Assembly (NCBI GenBank): GCA_002269645.1
Contig: NIVC01001432.1
Location: forward strand, 1-64,000
Source: Macrostomum lignano
Taxonomy: Eukaryota
Length of the DNA stretch: 64,000 nucleotides
Direction: 5' to 3'
The translations under genes were made by a program, and so were the position numbers. Within the stretch, counting starts at the first letter, position 1. Every line of letters starts with the position of its first letter. Below, piece after piece: positions 12,313-32,266 of this stretch. The notes beneath the pieces are model-generated. The model saw nothing but the letters and a program-made list of their open reading frames with translations. It had not been told where the DNA came from and searched no databases.

Positions 12313-13839
12313 TGGCTGAAACAAAGCATTAAGACAGGAAAATATAACTACAGTACGCATTGATACATTGGCAGTTAATTTCGATATATTGAACCCGGGA
12401 TCAATTTTTAGTTCACTTTATTATAGTTAGAGACAGAGGGCTGTGCTGTGTGCACTCTGGTGCACTTTAAGCGAAATTGTTACATACGATTACATACGAG
12501 TAACTGGCTGGCAAGAGTTATAGGCATTACTTCTCATTCCACTAATTCCCTTGAGCAGGCACACACACAGGAGTGTACAATGGCCCTAACTTTATTTATT
12601 ATTAAGGCATGTACACTTTTTATTGTGCTTTGGGGGTTGGCCCTCGAGAGCACTAATTTCATGAGCAGAGCCAAGCCAAGATTCCAATTTAGCTCCAAAT
12701 TAATGTGACTACATATCAGAGTGGTGCGCCAGACCACTAGGCTTTGGCCTTCTACTATGCCAGCTAATTGTTTATCGAAAATGAATTACCAACTTTCAGG
12801 TCAACAACCTTTAATTATATTATATCTAACCCAAAAAATCTTTTGTACGAGTAGCTGCTCCCTATATAAATAATGGGAATAATGGCATGGCTATAAAAGT
12901 GAAGAATTATGTCAAAACAGACAAAATACAGATACAATCTACTTGTTTAGTAAGAAGCTTTGTTTTTAACATATGTAAATAAGACTATTAAATAAACATA
13001 TACACACATATTAGGTCCTAGGATGTCTAGGCTATACAAAGTCTAAGACTCATTTATAAAGCCTATTGCTAAAAAATAAAACCAATTTGCTAAATATTTA
13101 GCAAATATAGGTCGATAGAATACAAATTTCTACTGTTATGACTTGGCCTAATCTAGTATGTCACGTAATCCCTTTAGCAGACAAGCTAAGGATCACTTCA
13201 GCCTATTGAACAGACTGACTATAATAGCTAAGCAATGAGCATGATATTGTGTCAAACACCAAGTTACTTTGTCCCTAGATCCCACAACTCAAAAGTTCCC
13301 AAAGGTAGTGTTCCTAAGAAATTTAAGTGGAAGCAACTAATTCTATTTTTTTGGAAACTGGCAGCTGGCTTAGCTGGGTGTTGTACATATATGATAAAAA
13401 GAGAACATAAATAGAAAAAGCAAAATAAAATAAAAATGATAGCAAATTTTATTTTAATTTTATCTAATTTAATAATGGCAACTCCATAGTCTAGATCATG
13501 CTGGATGCATACCCAAACAAAAATCAAATAGTTACAAATGCATACCAAATTTTTTTTCAGTGAACATCTATACTCTTAAATCTAGGCCAGTGTTGTAATC
13601 TAACAATAAATAAATGGCCTTTGCATTGCAACAGTAAATGACCTTTTTGTGTTGCATAAAGAACCCTTTTAGGTAATAATTTGGTTCATTATTTATTTTT
13701 TTGTCTATACTATTGACAGAACACAATTAATACAGACAAATATTTGTTTATATGCCTTATTACAAGCTTAAAAAAACTACAAGGGTTAAAATTTATATCT
13801 AAAAATCAACCTTTTAGGTATACACATGCATTTTTTAAG

Positions 13840-15250
13840 GGTAATACTTGCCATATGCCATGCCAACCATAGTTCAGATTATGTATTAGCGTATGCTGGG
13901 TCCAGTGGGGGAAAATATAGGACCACATTTGTATATTGTGATTAAAAAAATATTTTCAACTTTGTATGCCAAAGTTGTATGCTTTTTTTTGTTCTTGAAT
14001 TTATTACTCATGCAGAATAACAAACTTAAAAAGTATGCACTTTTGCAATTTGCTCTGAAAAAAAGACAGTTATAAAAGAAGTATTTTAAATATATTTATT
14101 TGCGAAAATTGAGAAAAAATAAGCTTTTAGGGCACAAAAATTAAAATTGTTTTATATTTTTTGTTCTGTGAATCCATGTTGATAGCATTCTATGTAGCAT
14201 AATTTATGTAAAAAGTCACTTTATTTGATCCTAATATTTATGCAGGTATACCATAGATCTATGCTAAAATTTTCTGCTGTGCCATAGTTCAGAAGGTAGA
14301 CATGTACGCCAAAATTTCCCAGAATACAACAAGGGTACTTGCCATTTTTTAGTGTATATCAGCATACATCCCAGTGTACATGATATAGTAGATATTTTTG
14401 GCTTATATCTATGACATACCCATGCTTGGGTACAATCTAGGGATTTGCCTAGCTGTTTCTATTGGTACCTCATACATGTAAGTCACTATTGGACACAATA
14501 ATAGTCACATTGACTGCTCTCAGCCAATAGTGACTTACATGTGTGTTTTGCCAATAGAAATGGCTGGGTGAATCCCAAGGTTATATATATATATGTATAT
14601 GTTAGGATCAAATAAAGTGATCCTGCATTCTTTTCATATATGACTGCATTCTATCTAGTGACTACATATAATAAACTAGGCCAATATGCAACATTGTCAT
14701 TATGGAATGTTATTATTGTCATGTTAAAGAATAATAAAAAAAACAATTTTAAACTTTGCACTCTTAAACACTTGTTTTTTCTTAATTTTTAGCAAATAAA
14801 AAGTATTTAAACTTCTTTTATAATTGTTTTTTCTTATTGCACATTGCAAAAGTGCATAATTTTTAAATTTGTTATTCTGTATGAATAATAAATTCAAAAA
14901 TGAATAAAAGAATACAACTTTGGCATACATACATAATTGAGAACTTTTTTTAGTCCTGCTATACAAATGTGGTCTTGTACTTTTCCCTCTACTAGACCTA
15001 ATATACACTAATTTTGTTTTTATGTTGTTATATTGTTATGTTATATTGTTATATTGTTGTTATGAATGTTGATATTGATGTACACTAATGTTGATGCTAA
15101 TATACAATCCAAACTATGGCCACTGTGTCATGTATACTAGTGTATACTAGTCATATATATATGCTGATGTACACTGAAAAATGGCAAGTATCCTTGTTGT
15201 ATGCCAATAAATCTCAATATATATATTATATTCTAAACTATGGCATGCCT
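13840..15250. mobile_element. AT-rich nested inverted-repeat (foldback/MITE-like) element
   Basis: About 250-bp arms 13910-14165 and 14730-14990 are inverted. 14216-14234 is the reverse complement of 14602-14620. Perfect 19-bp IR 14474-14492/14524-14542. Outer match about 13845 versus about 15190. Confidence 0.65.
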
Positions 15251-17436
15251 AATTTTTGGTATACAAAGCCAATGCATACCCAAATTTTTTGGGTAGCCTA
15301 GGCCTATATACTATATAATCTAGAGTCTAGACTAGAGAGTGGCAGCAACTTTGATAACAACTAGGCCTACTTTAATAACAAAATAGGCCCAGACTAGATA
15401 GACTAGTTAGAGTCTTCATGGTTATGACTCATGATATAAAGGTCATAAGAACTTAAATATAGACTTAATTTATCAATGAAATTGTCATGAATACATTAAT
15501 ATGGTACTTAATATCAATTACTGAATACTAGGCCTAAGTCAAAAGACCTAGGCCTACTTGATACTTATTTGTCTAATATTTAAAACTAAAATTTAATCTA
15601 AGATTTGAAAATTGAAAATTTAAGATTGTAGCTGGTTTGATAATAATTTATTTTAGAAGTTTAATAGAACATAGGCTAGGCCTAACCTCTGAAGTTCTGA
15701 ACTGTCTTTATGTCTAATGATTTTTTTGCCAAAATGCTAATTGATATTTGCTTTGCTATATAAATCATTAGGAATTGGCCTATGCTAATGCTAGGCTGGC
15801 TAGACATACATATGTTTTGCAATGCAGCTGCTTTCATCTCAGCCACTCTAACTTAAGTTGTTAGGCCTAGTGTACAGACGAGTGCATGGGTGGGGCAAAA
15901 TATTTGTCGAATTTTGTCCATGTCTATGTTTAGTTTAGGTCTAGGAGGCAAAATATTCTGCCCCAACAGGCTATCTATATGATATGTACGATATAACCTT
16001 GAGATAAAAAACTGACGTGTGACTAATTCATTTCTCATGGATTGGGAGTTAGCAGAGAGACACTTACACCTTCACTTTCCTGCTCTGTTGTCAAGCTCAG
16101 TGTTTAATTCGTCTGGCTATTGCACGCTTCGTGATTCAAAAAAGACCATTAAATGCGCTATTCTGATAATTTATCGTTTAAACAAAAAAGTTTCTGTGCT
16201 TGTCTAGAATTTAAAAACGGAATTGAAAATTTATCAAAAGCAACAACTTTTCCATATTTTTTATCTGATTCTTTACTGCAACGTTGGTAACAAAGTCAGT
16301 TGATACTACTGCCATAGTCTTAGAATAAAAGTAGTGCGCTCGAATCTAATTCGACTTCATTGCTGTAATTTCTGTGGTAGAGCCACTAACTTGCAAGAGT
16401 TTATCCCTGACGGCTCCTAAAAACCAGTCCCAGCCCGGAAGGCTATAGACTTTAAGAGCTAGACTAGCTCTTGAGAGCTCTCTCGAGGCTCGACTTCATG
16501 ACTTCAAACGCTTCATGACTGCATATCATCGTCATGTCGACTGAAATCGGTGATGAATTGAAGAAAGCGTTGTAGCTCTCTATCTTCACTATGATCTTCC
16601 CGAATCAGTTCGGTAACCAGAGCCAATTAGTTTGATGTAACGCCATCGAGGGATTCTATACATGGTAACTGCTCATCTTTCTCGATCCAGTGTCAAATAA
16701 GCTAGCAATGTGTTCGTGTATTCTCAAAGGCTTCAGACTGCGCTTCTGTCCTCTTTCTGCCCAACAAAAGGCTCGATTTTTGTTGCAGCTACTTATGTCT
16801 ATGGTTCAAACCAGACCCTAGACGTCTAATTTTAGGCATGCATTGCTACATATGCTACAGCTAGACGTTTGTAGCTTTAACATACGTGCGTAAGAGCAGA
16901 TTTACCTAATATACTCGACTCGTAAATTAGGAGTTAACTGCGAGAGAGAGACGGCAGATAGTTTACGCGGCACATTAATCGAATTTGCTTTTGTTTATTG
17001 TATTGGCGTTTTATTTGCATAGGACAATTGTACTACAAAAACTTTACAAATTATGAAGTCAAGGATTTAGTAGAGATAGATGTAAATAGTTTTAGAATGT
17101 ACTCGCACGAGCGTTCGTGTATAATTGACTACTGAACACATCATGCATAATCTGGGGGATATTAGTCGATTTCGTGAAGTAAAATCAAAAGCTTAGCACC
17201 ACTCAGAGAGCTCGACTTTGAAAGCCAGCATAACAATTATATAGCTCGTATTGTAAAATTACATTGGGCTAGTATAAGAGAGGTGTCGCTTACGGTTGAT
17301 GGTCTGCCGCTAACGATTATATAATTAATTTTCACTCTGCATAAAGGAGCACCCACCTATTGATGAATCTGTGATTGTGTGAATGGCATTATTATCATTT
17401 CTAGTGAATCTTGGTGAATCTCAGAGTCATCATGTC

Positions 17437-20400
17437 CTAATCGCAGTTGATGTAAGCAGACGTGCTCGACGACCCACGCAGATTCTCATTTGCGCTATTT
17501 GAATTGGAACACTTCAAGAAGCTTGTTAGCGGTGAAATGGACACTTCCTCGTAGCAATTGAGATCGGACTCTTCATAGTAAGTGCCGTCATTGCTGACAG
17601 GACGTATTGGACTGTCTGGGAGCTGTTTCAGCTCCAGAGTTTGCAGTTGACGCTTTTGCTGTTCTAGCAAGCACGCGGTTGCAAGTCGATTTGTTGTTGT
17701 TATCAGAGATTTTGTGTGCCTCTACAAAATTGGGATATGGGAACCTGGCGTGAATCAGAATTGTCATTTTCAGACTGGGTGCACATACCGTATACCCAGA
17801 GGCAGAGGGGGGCAGGGGGCGGCTGACCTCCCCCCCCACAAAAAGTGCGCTTCGCTCCTTCGGCCTAAGAGACAGAGCGAGGGGCGTCCATAAAGACAAA
17901 GGGGCGTCCATCTAGAGACAAGGGCAACCATCTAGACACAGGGGCAACCATTTAGAGACAAGGGGCACGTACCCAAAGACAGGTGCACCCATCTAAAGAC
18001 AGGTGCACCCATCTAGAGACAGGGGCACCCATCTACATGTAGAGACTGGGGCACGTACCTAGAGACAGGGGCAACCATCTAGAGACAGAAGGACGTACCT
18101 GAATGTATAGAGACAGGGGCATGCAACCTAGAGACAGGGATACCCACCTAGAAACAAGGGCAACCACTTGGAGACAGGGGCACGCATCTAGAGACATGGG
18201 CACCCATCTAGGGACAGGAGCAGCCTTTTTGAGACTGGGGCGACCATCTAGAAATAGGGGCACGTACCTAGAGACAGGAATACCCACCTAGAGAACAGGG
18301 GCAACCATTTAGAGACATCTGGGGTCCAAATTCAGGATGCCAAAGTTAAAGTTGATGTGCCAATCACACGCTGGCGCAACAACTCAGAGTCATACATGCA
18401 ACTAACCTTGACGATCAGAGCGGTGACTGCAGCAACAACAATAACGCACAGGACCAGAGCACCAAATAAGATTAACAACTGTAGCAGGGAATTTTTCTCC
18501 AGTCTCCAATCATACTCGAGTTTGCCTCCAGCTGCCGGAGTAGACAGGGCAAAGCTGTTCCTGATGGCTTCAATATCGGAGGCATCCACATTCGGACTCA
18601 GCGGCAGTGTGAAAATCTTCTTAGTTGTTGCAACAAGTAGCTTTTGACTCTTCTGCTCCAGTAGACATTCGAGCAGCACTACGCTTGACTTATCAAATAT
18701 TTGAGCCCAGATTTTTAAAGTCCATTTGCTGAGCCTGTCTGATGTTGGAGCGGCTGAGTCCAACAAGCGCTGAGCTGTTTTGTTAGGCAGGGTCTGAAAT
18801 AAAGTAAGCCATACGTTTTTTTTCTGGCTACCCGAGCGAGGCCTTTGACAGACTCTCCCGAGGAGTATGCACACGGATGCATGAGCGTAGCATGCACAAG
18901 TTCACTACTCAAGCAATAAGGATTGGCCCAATGGATCAAAGAGGTAATGAATATTCTTCTCTAGTTAAATTGAGTTTATCACTGCGAATCTCAACAAGGT
19001 TAAACACGATCGGGGAATAGACTAATGATAATTGCAGGATGGGGTCCATGAGAATTGCCCGCAGACGAATTAATTGTTCGCCGAGTTTTCCCGCCGAGGT
19101 TTGCCTCAGAATCTAGTTGCCCGTAGCTAAATGCGCTGCAGGAAAAAGGCATTGCGGCAAACCTCGGCGGGCAATTCACTCACGAACAAAATGCACTGCG
19201 GGCAATTCTTGTCTTGCGCCAGGGCGGTGCATGGATACCCTGGCGCAAGCCTTCTGCAACATCGTCCCACGACCGGCTACAATTTTTCATGCCAATTAAG
19301 CTGCCTCATAAGCACTTACAAGCGAGCGGATGTACTCGTAATGTACGCAGACACACACACACTCGCACAGAGTGTACAGGATATATCTTGACACTCTCAC
19401 CTCCTCTAGTTGACCTTTAGTGAAATAAAACAGTTGACAAACTATCGAAGAAATGGGTGGCCAAGCTTCGCTGACAGAAATATTTATCGAGAGCAGCTTG
19501 TTCGTTTCGACATCGAATCCTTCTAAATTGGTCCTTCCACGAACTTTTTTGAAAGAAACAGATGGGAAATATCGATATGTTTTATTCTGCTTTTTGCTGC
19601 ATTATAGGTAAGGCTAGAAACTGGAAAACAACTTACAAAAAACTTTAGGTTGATCGCTTTTTCGACTGTAAACATCGGGATATTGATGTTGCATCGACTG
19701 GTTGACCTGACATCTGACTTGCCAATCAGAATTTGTCATCGATTTTGTTAACTTCAATTGGTGAACACTCGAAAATCCGGTTTGCTATGGGAGAAGTGCG
19801 AAAAATAAGGTCAAATTACGTTATGAAGGTTCTAAGAAAACTTTTTCTCAGGACATATATGCTCGTAAAAGGCAACTCAGTGACTTTATTCGAAGCTAAA
19901 ATTTGAGAAAGGAATAAAGATCAAAACCATGTATTTCTTCATTACTTACGCTAATCTTTTTCAGCTTTAACTCCGCATCTGAGCCAACAGTTAGCCAGCA
20001 TCTGTGACTCACTGGCCAACCACTGGTTTCGCAACGATGTGACGTCACTTGGACTTGCTCAATTTGGCCAGCTTCCAAATAATTACTGTTTGCATTGCTT
20101 GAAAACGTATGCTGTTGATGCAGGGATCTGTAATTTTAATGAGCAATACTGCTAAGCTTAGCATCAAAAATGATCTAGGAGGACAGTTCAAAAGATGACA
20201 GATAAAGGAAGGAATTGAAACAAGAGGTTTCTAGTGAAAAAGCGTGATAGCAACAAATCTTTGTCAAAATGATCTCATATACATTGCGTCACCTACCTGT
20301 CACAGTCGGTATTTGAAACAGCCAAGGCTCTTGAAATTTGATTCTTATACCAGTGCTTGGTATGACTTCGCAATGGACCGATGAACCGGTCATCTCTTTG

Positions 20401-23400
20401 ACAGGCTGAACTGCGAACACAGATTTGACGTTAAGTAGGGTAGCACCGAGATTGCCTTTCACTGACTCGATCGTCTGTGGGGATGTTGTGCAGTGTTGTA
20501 GAGTTTATGCTCTGGATGTAGGATTAGTGAACTATGAACTAGAGAGAAAGTTGTTTCAAATGTCTCATCCACGCCTGAATATACCAGCAGTGGACGAAAC
20601 GCCGAGTCGCAACAGTACGACCCGACGTGGATGATGTAACATGTAACATGCCTTGGTGACTCGATCGTCGCTGATCTTGAAGGCGTAAAATTGCTGCTAG
20701 AGAGAGTCCCATCCTTCAGATTCAGTTTTTGGGTCCTGACCCAAAGACCACTGTCGTATAACAGGACATAAACTCAAAGTAAATTAAAGTAATGGAAATA
20801 TTTTCACTGCCCCAGATCAAATGCAATCATTGATAATGTGATTAAAAATAGGATTTTTACAGGATACTGCCCTCCCAAAAATTACACGATTTTTGAGTTT
20901 ACTATAGTGGTCCTTATCCTGACCACCCACTGGACGTCGGCTAGGGCCTAGGACTGCAGAACCGTTCTCAAGGAACAAAACCCGGACAAGATCGACAAGA
21001 TCATCGCAGATAATTCAACCGTAGATCTAAATTCATTCATCAACTCATGCACTCTTAGCACAGAATCGTCACTCACCGTGGACAAAAGTGTCATATTCCA
21101 CGGAGTTGCCGCGGCGGCTGCAGCACTCGCCTCAATCCGGCACTGATGCCTCGGAGCCGGATAGGAATCGAACGATTCGAACGTCACATTGACCGGATAT
21201 CCGGCTAGCCAAAGAGGTGGAGCATCCAAACGCATGTTGCTGGGATTCACTGGAAATGACAATATTTAGCAATCATTTTTATTATATTTATTTAAATGTC
21301 AGGATTTAATGTTGTGATATAGGACTAGTGTATAATTATGAAAGATGAAAGATCCTGCAATTTCCACCAATTTAACAAGTGTAACTAACCGTTCATTTCC
21401 AGGACTTGTTCAATCTGCCACCAGCTGTAACCTGAGGCAGTGCCGCCGTGCCTGGAAGCGCAGCGTAGGAAGCCCCCGTGATAGTTCGGGCTGGCCTCGA
21501 ATTCGAAAACGCAGCTTTGAGTGCCGCCGGATGTGAGGCCTGGTTGGCAAGTCAGCTACAAAAATGGTGAGAGGTAAAAAAGGAAGTCTTTTGACGTTAA
21601 ATCTAGAATGCTTCAAGGATTGCGAATCTAAACGATGCATATGATAGCGCAAGTGTCGGACGCATCGTGCAATCAGGTTATTAGAGAGAAGAGAGCTGAG
21701 AAGAGACCTTGAGCGGGCTGGATTACTATTGTGAAGTTTCAAAGGACCCGGATAGAGAGGCTCTGTGGGCATGTGGCTTGCGGGACGGAGTTTGCCACCC
21801 CTGTACTATAGCATTTACCAAGCAATTTAAGCCTTAGCAGCAAGCTTTTGAAGACTTGCTATATCGCCCAAACGAGGGCCGATCGATCAAGTTTAGAATT
21901 TGGCCTTCTTAAATTTGATAAAACAATGTCTGCAAACAGATGCTATACAGATATCACATCGTTTGTGCGTGGTCAGACGTTCCTACGTATCTACTCATCT
22001 ACTGGTCCTTAAAATACGAGTACATCCGGTTTATGATGAAAATCTACGATAACACCTGAGAAAACTCACCTTATTAACTCTCGAAACTTTGCCATCGAGA
22101 GCAGCAATGTCGCAATCAATTTCAGAAGCGGCTCCGTTGTCGCAGCGTTTCTCAGCTACATTGAAACAGATTTTGTCGCCAAGGGTCAAGCTGAGTGACT
22201 GAGCAAGGCTGCTACAGTATATGTAGGTCTCATTTGACAGTAGTTGCAGCCGCGGCTGGGCACCTTAAATGTTTTTTAGACAATTGGTTGTTATGTGGAA
22301 TACTTAAAATCGATTTATTGTACTCAAATATATTTTATAGCGTGTGTTGGCGCCAATGGTGCTGGCGCCCCTGGTGCTAAAGCCCCTGGTGCTGGCGCCC
22401 CTGGTGCTGGCGCCCCTGGTGCTGGCGCCCCTGGTGCTGGCGCCCCTGGTGCTGGCGCCCCTGGTGCTGGCGCCCCTGGTGCTGGCGCCCCTGGTGCTGG
22501 CGCCCCTGGTGCTGGCGCCCCTGGTGCTGGCGCCCCTGGTGCTGGCGCCCCTGGTGCTAAAGCCCTGGTGCTAAAGCCCCTGGTGCTGGCGCCCCTGGTG
22601 CTAAAGCCCCTGGTGCTGGCGCCCCTGGTGCTGGCGCCCCTGGTGCTGGCGCCCCTGGTGCTGGCGCCCCTGGTGCTGGCGCCCCTGGTGCTGGCGCCCC
22701 TGGTGCTGGCGCCCCTGGTGCTGGCGCCCTGGTGCTGGCGCCCCTGGTGCTGGCGCCCCTGGTGCTGGCGCCCCTGGTGCTGGCGCCCCTGGTGCTGGCG
22801 CCCCTGGTGCTGGCGCCCCTGGTGCTGGCGCCCCTGGTGCTGGCGCCCCTGGTGCTGGCGCCCCTGGTGCTGGCGCCCCTGGTGCTGGCGCCCCTGGTGC
22901 TGGCGCCCCTGGTGCTGGCGCCCCTGGTGCTGGCGCCCCTGGTGCTGGCGCCCCTGGTGCTGGCGCCCCTGGTGCTGGCGCCCCTGGTGCTGGCGCCCCT
23001 GGTGCTGGCGCCCCTGGTGCTAAAGCCCCTGGTGCTGGCGCCCCTGATGCTGGCGCCCCTGATGCTGGCGCCCCTGGTGCTAAAGCCCCTGGTGCTAAAG
23101 CCCCTGGTGCTAAAGCCCCTGGTGCTGGCGCCCCTGGTGCTGGCGCCCCTGGTGCTGGCGCCCCTGGTGCTAAAGCCCCTGGTGCTGGCGCCCCTGGTGC
23201 TGGCGCCCCTGGTGCTGGCGCCCCTGGTGCTGGCGCCCCTGGTGCTAAAGCCCCTGGTGCTGGCGCCCCTGGTGCTGGCGCCCCTGGTGCTGGCGCCCCT
23301 GGTGCTGGCGCCCCTGGTGCTGGTGCCCCTGGTGCTGGCGCCCCTGGTGCTGGCGCCCCTGGTGCTGGCGCCCCTGGTGCTGGCGCCCCTGGTGCTGGCG

Positions 23401-24719
23401 CCCCTGGTGCTGGCGCCCATGCATGGTGCTGGCGCCCCTGGTGCTGGCGCCCCTGGTGCTGGCGCCCATGGTGCTAAAGCCCCTGATGCCCCTGCTTTAG
23501 TGGACAATCAACCCGTCTCGAAAATAGAAAAATGTGATGCACAACTACTTTCTTCGAATTTATTGTTTCTTCTGAATAGCTTGGGAGTTTGAGCGTATTG
23601 ACTCGAGTCTGTTTACCTGTGATATTTATCGCTTGCCACCTCAGTGCATTCGTCGAGCTGTTCAGCATCATGTAGGCAACGGGCTTCTGTAAATATGTGT
23701 GTAAAGTTAAGTCAGTTTTGAAATTGACCAACTAGCTAATAGTCACTTAATGCTTTTCATTCACACCTGGTTTGCAGAAGCCACGTGACCGATCAGTGGT
23801 CGCCAATCTGTGCCGTTATTGATCACGCTCAACCGGGTTCGGCACGGGTCCTCAAACTTTATCGCCAGCGGCAGGGACAGTGAGCCAAATGCTTTCACAC
23901 CTTTGTTGAGTTGGTGGGGATTTCGTGTTTATTGTAATAGTTATATTGCAATAATGGATTACATATCTGCCCTAATGACCAGATGTGCAACCGACAGCTC
24001 AGCCGAAGCTATTGCTGGGGGGACTGTAGGGGGTCGCCACACACAGCCTCAATTACCCCAGCTAAATGCTGGCACCCATTTTACAGCTGGGTGGAATTGT
24101 AGCAATTCAGAGTTGTGTCAAACCCCCGCCATTCAAGTCGTAAGTCCGACTCTCTAACCACTAGGCTACATGTACAACCCCCTCTCTAATAACCATATTT
24201 TAAGTCTATCATGAAAATTTTGAGTAGCCTTGAGTAGGTTCGATTTCCGTGCGCGGCCGCATAATTCATTTGAGCCTTTTGGTGCATGAAATTTGCCTGG
24301 TGGGTTGTCTTGCCATGAGGACCAACCCCTAAGGCACAGAGACTGCATGCCTGACGATTAGAAAGTCATGACCCGCTGTAAATTCTGTGTACCCTGCACA
24401 GTACTGGCACTCTGCACTCACCTGTACCTTGGATAATATCAATGCTTGCAATTTTCATCGGCTGTTTCAATTGCAGAACCAGCCAACTGGGCCCGAATTT
24501 GAGCTGGCGACTTGCAGGAAACTCATCGCTAGTGTTGTTGTTGGAGATCAATCCGAGACAGTCTATCCGGTTGCTGGGTGCCTGCCATATCTGTGCTATT
24601 GTTCCGTAGTTTAGATCGACAGTTCGAGTTGACTGGTGGCAGTCGCTGCTCACGGAGCTGCTCAAGCAGATGAGCACTGCGCAAGTGCAGATGAATGTCA
24701 CGGTTGTTTGAAGATACAT
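17437..24719 (-). CDS. Multi-exon type-I membrane protein: signal peptide, discoidin-like segment, Ig-like segments, TM, Tyr-containing tail
   Basis: Phase-consistent exons 24719-24422, 24328-24194, 23900-23767, 23686-23617, 22263-22070, 21555-21390, 21249-21077, unresolved exons about 20780-19950, then 18793-18407 (TM LLILFGALVLCVIVVAAVTALIVK) and 17658-17437. SWLVLQLKQPMKIASIDIIQG resembles F5/8C. SCVFEFEASPNYHGGFLRCA and VNVTFESFDSYPAP resemble Ig folds. Confidence 0.72.
17790..18320. repeat. 20-bp tandem array with GC-rich flank, probably internal to a non-autonomous DNA element; in the last intron of the membrane gene
   Basis: TCTAGAGACAGGGGCACCCA units about 17880-18315, preceded by GGGGGCAGGGGGCGG..CCCCCCCC. 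Confidence 0.85.
22350..23490. repeat. 15-bp GC-rich minisatellite (intronic)
   Basis: GGTGCTGGCGCCCCT with GGTGCTAAAGCCCCT variants. Explains the GAPGA/LVLAP/WCWRP ORFs. Confidence 0.98.
23983..24170 (-). mobile_element. Second, internally deleted copy of the tRNA-derived SINE
   Basis: Aligns with 10752-10976 (ATGTGCAACCGACAGCTCAGCC..CCTCAATTACCCCAGC..CCCATTTTACAGCTG). Lacks about 45 bp and box B is degenerate. Confidence 0.75.
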
Positions 24720-26148
24720 TTTATAAGTCGCTTACGGTATACGGATTGCTGAATCTAAGAAGACTACCAAAATATGGAAGAATATATATATATAGAAATC
24801 TAGGCCAGTCACATAAATAGGCAGCTATGGCGTGTATGCTGTACATTTCCTCTTTTATAAGGATTAGTTATGGTGAAGTTCGTTAACTTATAGTTAAAAT
24901 ACATCGGTTTATTTTGTTTTAATCTATCCGTGCACGTCTTTGCACTGCGCCAGTGCACGCAGGAGGTTCAGTAATTAGCAAAATCTGCACTATCATATTT
25001 TATCATCTCTGACTGGCTATGCTTCAGTTTTTATGTTTACACAAAATTTGTTAAATAACTTTGGAGAATTTAAATTTCTAGGAAAAAAGCTTTCAACGAG
25101 AATAAGAATCGTGTTTTATTTTTTGCGGCCATTGGAAGTAGTATCGCATGCAAATTGGAGAAAACTGGAACAATTTTTGTTTACATTGTTTTTATAAACT
25201 TCTTGAATACTTAAAAAAGTATGTATTGATTCTGCCACAGACTCAATATAGAATATCATATTGTCTATATATGCTTGACATAATAGAGGTCGATATGAAT
25301 CTACTCGTAGAAATTGGAATTGATGTGAAAGAAATTACTAGCAACTAAATGTATAAAAAAGAGTTTTATAAGATCTAGGTATAATAACAGTAATCACTAA
25401 AAGTAGATTAATGAGCTGAGTCTATGGTAGCAAGGCTGGTAAACATCTTTTATTTAAATCGAACTATTAATTATTGCTAACAAAAAAAGACTTACGCTCA
25501 CAGACGGTTAGACCATAAACTTGTACAGAAAAAACTTAAAATAAACTAGAAAAAATTAGACTCAAGAGGTTACAAACAATTTTAAATTACGCCAACGAAC
25601 ACTGACTAAATTAGTTTGTTTTTAGCTAGAGAAGCCAGTGCAGGACTGCGGGCCAGGAGAGGGGAGAGGGGGTAGGAAAGAGAGAAGGGAGACAGTAGAC
25701 AGGAGAGGCGAGGGAATAAAGGAGAAGAGATGAGACATAACACGAGAGAAGGGATTTAATTGAAGAGGAGAGAGAAGAGAAGGGAGAGAAGTTAAGGGAG
25801 GAGATTAGAGAGAAAACATATGAGAAGATACAAAATTTAAGCGGGTCGGATTGCTATTGTGAAGTTTCAAAAGCAAAGCATGTGGCGCGCGACAAAAAAT
25901 AAAAATCATGATGCTACGGTAATATTAATAGAAATAATAATGCAATAATATAGTACCAGCTATTGATAATATTAATTATCTATAATAACACTATTCTTTA
26001 TAATAAGACTAGCCCACTAGCTACTAGTTAATACGTGAGTAATTATTATAAAATTAAATTAAGGTGAATTGCTTCCATGGCTCAAAAAACTGCACCGATT
26101 AGCTACATCATGCGAACAGTAAAAAAGTCTGTCAAAAGAAATGCTTCG

Positions 26149-32266
<6,118 letters not shown>

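Noticed and set aside
22295-23592. Elastin- or collagen-like GAPGA ORFs
   Set aside because: 15-bp minisatellite inside a phase-consistent intron; open in several frames on both strands.
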